DNA of 64,000 bases from Eledone cirrhosa (Eukaryota): the NCBI GenBank assembly GCA_964016885.1, contig CAXHJY010000539.1:11367-75366 (forward strand). The letters run 5' to 3'. The translations under genes and the position numbers were made by a program. Below are positions 44,826 to 64,000 of the stretch, piece after piece (positions within the stretch are counted from its first letter, which is position 1; every line of letters starts with the position of its first letter). The notes below the pieces were generated by a model. That model was given only the letters and a program-made list of their open reading frames with translations. It was not told where the DNA came from and did no database searches.

Positions 44826-44995
44826 GTATCGGTAGAGGGTCGGACGCCATGCTTTCCAGCATAGTTACGTCCCTTTACGATCTGAGTTCAAATCCTGCTG
44901 AGGTTGACTTTGCCTTTCATCCTTACGGAGTCGATAAAATAAAGTACCAGTAATGCACTGGGTAATTGCTGGCCTTGTGCCTAAAGTAGAAACAT
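44826..44995 (+). mobile_element. SINE
   Basis: Same family, slightly 5'-truncated. Confidence 0.85.
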
Positions 44996-45620
44996 TTATA
45001 TACACATCATAGCTCTGATTAATTTTTAATTTTTTTTCTTTATTGAACACTTGTTTTTAGAGGAATTAAGATTTGTATCATTTTTATCTATAGTCCATAC
45101 TCGCATATACATTGTAGCTCTAATTAATTTTTAATTTTGTTTTTATGGAACACTTATTTTTAGATGAATTGAAATCTGTATTGTGAAGCATATGGTAACT
45201 TATGTAGTACACACAAACGCATACATATATTGATGTATATGTATATGGTCATGATATTGACAGATTTAGGAAGGATATTATTGTATTTCTTAGTGAATTA
45301 AGTTTCAAAATCTCTGTTAATAGTAATTTTACAACAATTTACTTTCTAGATATAACCTTATATTTTTAACAAATTTTTCCTTTGTCACAAACCTAACGAG
45401 AAGTTATTTTATGCTAACCCTTTTGACACCAAACCACCAGAACCTGCCCCTGGTTTTATAATACTAAGCTGCTTGTTTTAATGAGTTTATAGTCATCTGA
45501 AAACCCTTGGTTTCAAATAATTGAAAATAATCAAAGATTTGGAACAATTTATTAATATAACTACCATATTAAGCTGCCATTTGGAAAAAAAATAATTTTA
45601 CAAATAATTGTTTCTACTTG

Positions 45621-45737
45621 GAGTTCAAATCCTACCGAGGTTAACTTTACCTTTCATCCTTACAGGGTCGTTAAAATAAAGCACCAGTAATGCACTGGGG
45701 TAATTGCTGGCCTTGTGCCAAAAGTAGAAACAATTAT
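45621..45737 (+). mobile_element. 5'-truncated SINE inside an inverted duplication
   Basis: Starts at the B-box and includes core and tail. Confidence 0.8.
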
Positions 45738-48067
45738 TTGTAAAATTATTTTTCTTCCAAATGCCAGCTTAATAATCAATATGGTAATTATATTACTAAA
45801 TCGTTCCAAATCTGTGATTATTTTCAATATTATTTGAAACCATTAGCAGTGTCTAAATCTTATGCTTTCATAAAGGCTTTGTATGTTTTATAATGAAATG
45901 CTTCACTTACAGTTGATATTCAGACTGGTAGCTCTACAACAAAGAAATAGAGCTAAAAAATAGCAATCTTTGTTATAATCCAATTTCTCATAAATATAGC
46001 CAAAGAATTCATTTTATATGGATAATATAATATTCTTAATAGAAATTCTATTAAAGTGTCCTCATCTTTTAAAAGGTTTCCTAGTTCTTTTAATTTAATT
46101 AATGTTTATTGATGATAATTCCACCAAAACATATGTTTGTAACTGTATGAACTCTAATAACTGCCCAGTCAAAAGAAACTGCCTCATCAGTTCTTAAGAA
46201 TACTGTGCTAAGGTAGACTTAAACAATGATTCTCAACCCAAATCCTTTGTTGGAGCATTGGTGAATGGATACAAGATGAAATATTACTTGCACAGTTACT
46301 TGCTTGCTAACCCAAACTGGATATTTGTGATATGCCTCTCTAGATATATTTGGAGATCGAAAGAAACTTGTGCCAACAGTTTTAAAATATTTGATCCATA
46401 TTTACTTTGACAGCTTATTAAAGGCACAGTAACTATATGCGAGCTTTACTTAACAGAGAAGGTATTAATATTGACCCAAAGTAACAAATGTGTGAATTCT
46501 TTCTATTTGCAAAATATCTGCTACATTTTTACAGAGCGATACCCTTGCTATAACATTTCGAATTTTAACAAGATCTTTTCCATACTCTTACAAACACCAA
46601 CCCTTTCACTTCCATTTGTAGGTTTCGTTCTTTTTTTCTTCTTTTTGCTCTTAGTATTTTGGTGTTATTGGGTTCTTTTTCTTTTCCTTTCGGCCACAGT
46701 TTGTACCATACCATTTCATTGAACACTATTTAAACGTTTTAATGAATGAATAATCCTTAGATAGTTTTAACTCACCGTTTTTTTCCCCCTATTTCTCTCC
46801 CTTTCCTCTCGTTTCCTTATGATTTGTATACCTTTCTTTTATGCTCTATAATACAATTTTATGAATGAATTGTATTTAAAATGAAAGATTGTTCTCTCTC
46901 TCTCTCTCCCCCTTTCTTTCGTTTTGTATCTTCCTTCAATACAGTTTAATTATTTTGATATTTTCATTGTAATTGAATCATTTTTAAACAAGTACAATTA
47001 TTTATCTTTTTATAATTTTATCATATTTATATTTCCACACCTGCAACCAATTAAAAGTGTTATTTTTACATCTGCAACCAATCAAAAGCTTTCTCTATGT
47101 ATTCTTCGTTTTGAATATTCATACTAATAATTTTCTGTTTCTTACATTTTCTCTGAAATCGGTGACATAAAACTTAAGAGTTATAAATGTGAAGTTTCAG
47201 CTTTAATAACTATTTTAAGACTCTACTTCCAGTACAAAGTACTCTTGTTTACATTAAAGTATTTACATACACGTTAATAGTGATAAACGAAAAAAAGGAG
47301 CACTCAATACCAGTTGGGTGCCGTTAAAGTTATCTGTGTAGTAGATGTAGTTATAGTAGTAGTAACGGCACCTCCTAGATATGTGAGCTTGTTTATTTAG
47401 TCATCTAAATAGCATAATTCACATAATTGTCATATACTTGAAATGTATACCTTTATAAATAGTACTACCTTTTTTTTTTTAGCTGTCAATACGATGTGTA
47501 ATTCAATACACATGGACCGATGTAAATAAATGTCTTTTCCACATCTCTTTGGCCATCACATGAAAGATGAAAGTCAGTTTTTTTTTTTTTTAAAGGTCAG
47601 GCGAATTCCTACATTTTCTGTCCACAGAGAGATGGTATAGATATTTGTTTACATTTTTCCATCAGCAATGGTTGGGGCGAAAAATTAAGCACTTTAAGAC
47701 TGCCTATAAAGGTCTGTTAAATCTGTATTTCGAAGTATCGAACAGGTTCTGTGTAGGCTGTCCTCATCCGTTTTCCTTCAGTTTACTTTTATAAAGGTCT
47801 ACTTAATCTGTATTTCAAAATATAGAACAGAGGTTCAATATGCAGGCTGTCTCCTATCTGTTTCCGTTCTGTTTACCCCGTGGCAACTTAACGAAACTAA
47901 ATTTACTTCTATTCTAAATAGAAATTTCTCAAGACACAAACTCTTGTCAATACGAATAGAGTGAATGAATGACAGACTGACAAGCGTTCAGTCATGTTGA
48001 TTGATTTATACCTGTCAGCCAATTCTTGAAAGAGTTTTTCTCTTCTAAATTAGACTGTTACACGTGG

Positions 48068-48320
48068 ACGCAGTAATGCTGAATTGTTAAGTGAGTTCGC
48101 TTCGCAATCAGTAGGATACGGGTTTGATCCCACTGCGTGGCATCTTGGGAAGGTGCCATTCCCCCATAACATCGTGTCGCTCCATCATGCCATGGGTTGA
48201 TGGAAACTTTTTGGAAGCCCGTCGGATGGACTGTACATGTAATTTAAAGGGTCAGCCTTGTCACACACGGTGTCTCAATGAATCTCCCTGAGAGTTCTCA
48301 GCCACTTATACGTTCATGGA
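48068..48320 (+). mobile_element. Degenerate tRNA-derived SINE of a third family (related piece on - at ~18550-18645)
   Basis: B-box-like gggtttgatccc followed by actgcgtggcatcttggg. Confidence 0.55.
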
Positions 48321-49115
48321 GCAAATGGAACAATCATCCAGATTATTATATTGGTAATTATGAATGATATAATACAGATCGTAAAGTCCCAAACTCAAGA
48401 AAGAAACAAAATAGACCTACGTCAAATTGTTTTTAATTACAAAATTCAGTATAATTACCCCAGAGTTGGTTAAATTTAACCCCTGGTGGCGACTTAAAAG
48501 CCGCGTCTATATATAGAGGAAATTTATCAGTAACTGTCATCCTGTGAAGATGTATGTATACGTACATATGAGTGTGTATCTGTGCATAGGAATGTGTATG
48601 TATGTATGAAATGAAATTTCATTTCTCACTCTTAGTACGGCTGATACTTAAATGTAAGTATGTATACGTACATACATATATGTATACAGACGTAGAGTAG
48701 TATGTATATATATACATACATGCACACATATATATGTACGTATGGGTTTACCGAACATTTATTATAATGTTCGGTTTGTTTATAAACAAACGGCCCGAAT
48801 TAAGCCGTACAGTGTTTGGAAACCATCGTCGCCCTTTTGTTCAACACTGATATAATATGCATCAGGAAAGTATATACTTTCAAACGTTCAATCATCTGAC
48901 AGGAAGGTATACGATGCCCACGATAGCTAATAAGCTTTAAACTAGTTCATCGTTCCTTTGTCAGTGTTGAACAAAAAGGCGACGATGGTTTCCGAACACT
49001 GTACGGCTTAATTCGGGCTGTTTGTTTACAAACAAACCGAACATTATAATAAATGTTCGGTAAACCCATACGTACATATATATATGTGTGCATGTATGTA
49101 CGTATACATACTTAC

Positions 49116-49199
<84 letters not shown>

Positions 49200-50505
49200 G
49201 CCTTTTCGTAGACTCAGCAGGAGCTTTTTAATAGCTAGCTGCTTTTAATACTTCTAAGCATTTCGATAGTGTTGGTCGACCTCGACTGTAATTATGATTC
49301 ACGAACCAGATTCTCTCTCTCTTTTCAATTCAATTCACTTGAATTAACCTCATTGTATACAAAATACAACAAAACGTAGATTTGTTTATTTACATTCTCA
49401 CCAAGTTTGTTTTCGCCGTCTTTGTGGTAACATACTTACACACTGGCAACAGAGATCTAATTATCTTTGTTTGTATTGAATTTAAGCTCCTCTTATGTCA
49501 ATAAATACTCACAGGAGTATCATCTTGCATATATTAGGTTTATAATTTATTTTCCTCTATAACTGCGCCCTCATTACATAATGTTCTTGCATAATTGTTT
49601 TCCTTTTTTTTTTTCGTTTTATTTCTCATATCGGCAGGAAGGTTATGTAGCATATTGAATTGAGCTTAATACTTGGCCTGCTATATTGCATAACATTATA
49701 TTTTTGACACGTGGGAAGATTGCTTTTTAATGCAAGTACAAGGTACACACATTTGTGGGGACTGGCGACTCCTTTCATCATAGGTCTGTTGTTCAACCAC
49801 GGGCGATATTGAACTGAACATCAACTTCATTTCCATTCCATTCCACTGTACACGGTCGTTCGACCTGCTAGAAATAACAACCAGATTTTCCTTAATAAAG
49901 GAAGAGCACTGAATAATATTTTCCTCCACACACAATGCCTGTCAGAAGGAAAAATAAATAAACAGAAGGGAAAGTCAAGGCCGGACGTCTTATGTTTGTT
50001 TGTTTGTGTGTGTTTATATATATATAATCTATTCAATCATAACTGATAATAACATCTGCATTGTTTTATATATATATATATATATATGACAAAGAGAGTT
50101 CACGGTATTTTAGAATTAAACGCATACACACGTATATATATGTTGATTGAAATGTACGTCATGAACAGAGGCTGTACATAATTGTACAGCTTCTCAAGTA
50201 GGATCTTCTAAAGAATAGACGATTCGTATACAATGTATCTTAAAGAACATAATAAACACGAATTAATAGACATGATAAAAATGAAAACAGAGCACGTAAT
50301 TGTGATGTAATTATATATGCATGTTTGTGTGCTTGTATGTATATATATATATACACATACACACACACATATATATATATATATTTATATGTGTGTGTGT
50401 GTGCATATAAATATATGTATATATATATATATATATATATGTGTGTATATATATATATATGTATATGTATATATATATATATGTATATGTATATATATAT
50501 ATATG

Positions 50506-50550
<45 letters not shown>

Positions 50551-50551
50551 G

Positions 50552-50582
<31 letters not shown>

Positions 50583-50583
50583 G

Positions 50584-50614
<31 letters not shown>

Positions 50615-50664
50615 GTATATATATATATGTATATATATGTATATATATATATGTATATATATAT

Positions 50665-52787
50665 AAATCTAAGAGCAGAATCCCTAGAAATAGAAAAACA
50701 CTCATCAGAAAAATTAAGAGAACGAACAAAAAAATCAACAAGCTGAAATACTGTCAGCAGCAACACATCAACTTGACTGCCATTTCATCACTAGAGATTA
50801 AAAAACATAACCTCCAAAACAACATAATGTCCCTCATCAACAATCAGAGAAGAGCTGAAGAGGCCTGGGCCATTGAGAAGATCAAACTCAATCCCAAAGT
50901 GTTCTTTTCATTTGCAAAAAAACACAAAATCACTGGCTCTACTGTTGGCCCTCTAATTGATGAAAATGGCACTCTTCAAGACAATGCTAAAACCATGGGT
51001 GAGATACTGCAGAAACAATACTGCTCTGTTTTCAGCAATCCTGATATGGCCGATCTGGGCTGTATCGGCGATGTTACTCCCCATTACACCTTATCGGACA
51101 TAACGTTTGGCGCCCCTGATGTCTTGGCGGCAATAAAGGAAATCAAGCATAATTCAGCAGTAGGTCCCGATAGGTTCCCTGCTTGTGTCTTGAAGGCGTG
51201 TCAACACCAACTTGCTTCTCCTCTTGCCAATCTGTGGCGGAACTCACTGGATGCTGGATATGTGCCAGAAAACCTTCTATCCCAGTCTGTTGTCCCAGTT
51301 TTCAAAAAGGGAAACAAATCCCTTGCCGTGAATTACCGTCCAATCTCACTCACCTCTCATATCATTAAGGTATTTGAGCGAGTGGTGAGATCGCGAATGA
51401 CCCACTTCCTTGAGAGTAACAATATGCTGAACTCCAACCAGCATGGATTCCGTAATGGAAGGGATTGCCTGACGCAACTACTGCATCACTTTGATGACAT
51501 TTTGAGAGCCTTGGGAGAGGGTTCCAACACTGATGTTATCTACCTTGATTTCAGCAAGGCCTTTGACAGGGTTGATCATAACATTCTACTGAGAAAGCTG
51601 TCCAATATTGGTGTCACTGGAAAGCTGCTGCAGTGGATCAAGAGCTTCCTGTCAAACAGAACCCAACATGTTGTAGTTGAGGGAGTCAAATCAAGCCCAG
51701 CCAAAGTCAGTAGTGGAGTCCCACAAGGCACTGTGTTGGGCCCACTTCTCTTCATCATCTATATTAATGACATCACTGACATCATCAAACACAGCAACAT
51801 TAAAATTTTCGCTGATGATTCCAAGCTCCAAAAGGTCATCAATGGCGTGGATGACCGGATAAGCCTTCAGTCAGACCTACTGGCTGTTACCCAATGGGCA
51901 GAAAAGAACAACATGTTACTGAACGAAGATAAATTCGAACTGATCCACTTTGGAAAAGAGGATGCTCTGAAACTCCCGTACTCCCTTCCCTCCGGGGAAA
52001 CTCTCGTGGCATCTAACAACATCAGAGACTTGGGAGTAACCGTGGACAGCAACATAAGCTGGACCACGCATATAAGCAGCAAAGTTGACATGGCCCGCAG
52101 AATGTGTTCCTGGATCCTCAGAACCTTCCAGTCGAGAGATTCCCGCACCATTATCCTTCTCTTCTCTACTTTCGCCCGACCACACCTTGAATACTGTTGT
52201 CCACTGTGGTCTCCCCACACGAAACAAAGTATCATGAAACTTGAAGCTCCTCAAAGGGCAATCACGAAAAAGATAGATGGCATGTCAGACCTTGACTACT
52301 GGGGTCGATTGGAAAACCTGAAACTTTACTCACTCCAACGTCGCCGTGAGCGTTATATTATCTGCATGATGTGGAAAATGTTCCATCATCACTGCCCAAA
52401 TGATGTTGGCATCGCCTTCAAGATACACCCAAGGCTTGGGCCCCGTGCTATCCGTCCCATTCAAAAATCTAAATCGCAACTCATAACAACAATACGGCAC
52501 AATTATTTCACCTCAATCGGCCCTGCTCTCTTCAACATCACACCAGGACACGTCAAAACAGAAACTGACCACACAAAATTCAAGAAGTCTTTGGACAAAT
52601 TCCTCCAAGTAATCCCGGACAAACCACCCACACCCGGATATGTCTCCGCAAACAGTAATTCTCTTCTCGAATGGGCCATGGTGCCCAAATCCTGAATTGA
52701 AAGACTTCGCCAGGTGGTGCTATTAAGTTAGACATGGCCTGGGCCAATACTGGCCAAAACATTTCAAAGTTATTATTCAAAGTTATT
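50665..52787 (+). mobile_element. CR1/L2-group LINE, 5'-truncated (no endonuclease), with an uninterrupted RT ORF to 52695
   Basis: Motifs [79 protein letters not shown]. Tail (TTCAAAGTTA)-like x2. The first ~116 aa of the listed ORF are microsatellite. Confidence 0.93.

Positions 52788-64000
<11,213 letters not shown>

Noticed and set aside
49194-49520. TA-adjacent island with CGAAATGCTTA on - and an LTR-like AATAAA segment
   Set aside because: No CTGANGA core, no second LTR and no TSD visible.

Overview
Eukaryotic, extremely repeat-rich DNA, most likely from an octopus or related cephalopod (inferred from the RTE and SINE families and the AT-microsatellite load; not verified). Roughly 40% of the window is kb-long interrupted (TA)n arrays, and these generate almost all of the Y/I/M/C/V-rich ORFs, which are artefacts. 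The real content is: about a dozen RTE-clade LINE copies (one keeps a long open RT ORF), a young CR1/L2-group LINE plus a 3' fragment of it, many tRNA-derived SINEs, mariner and hAT MITEs, a Merlin transposon derivative with a 9-bp TSD, and one well-formed candidate host exon (42572-42821). Most notable: (1) a C4HC3 PHD-type finger sits inside the RT domain of the RTE family; (2) several unrelated short islands inside (TA)n tracts carry hammerhead-ribozyme cores with palindromic stem III, often with inverted ends, which points to several (TA)n-associated Penelope-like or retrozyme families; (3) the (TA)n arrays appear to act as strand-polarised landing pads and as centres of fold-back inverted duplication. 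All calls are by eye; no database searches were run.
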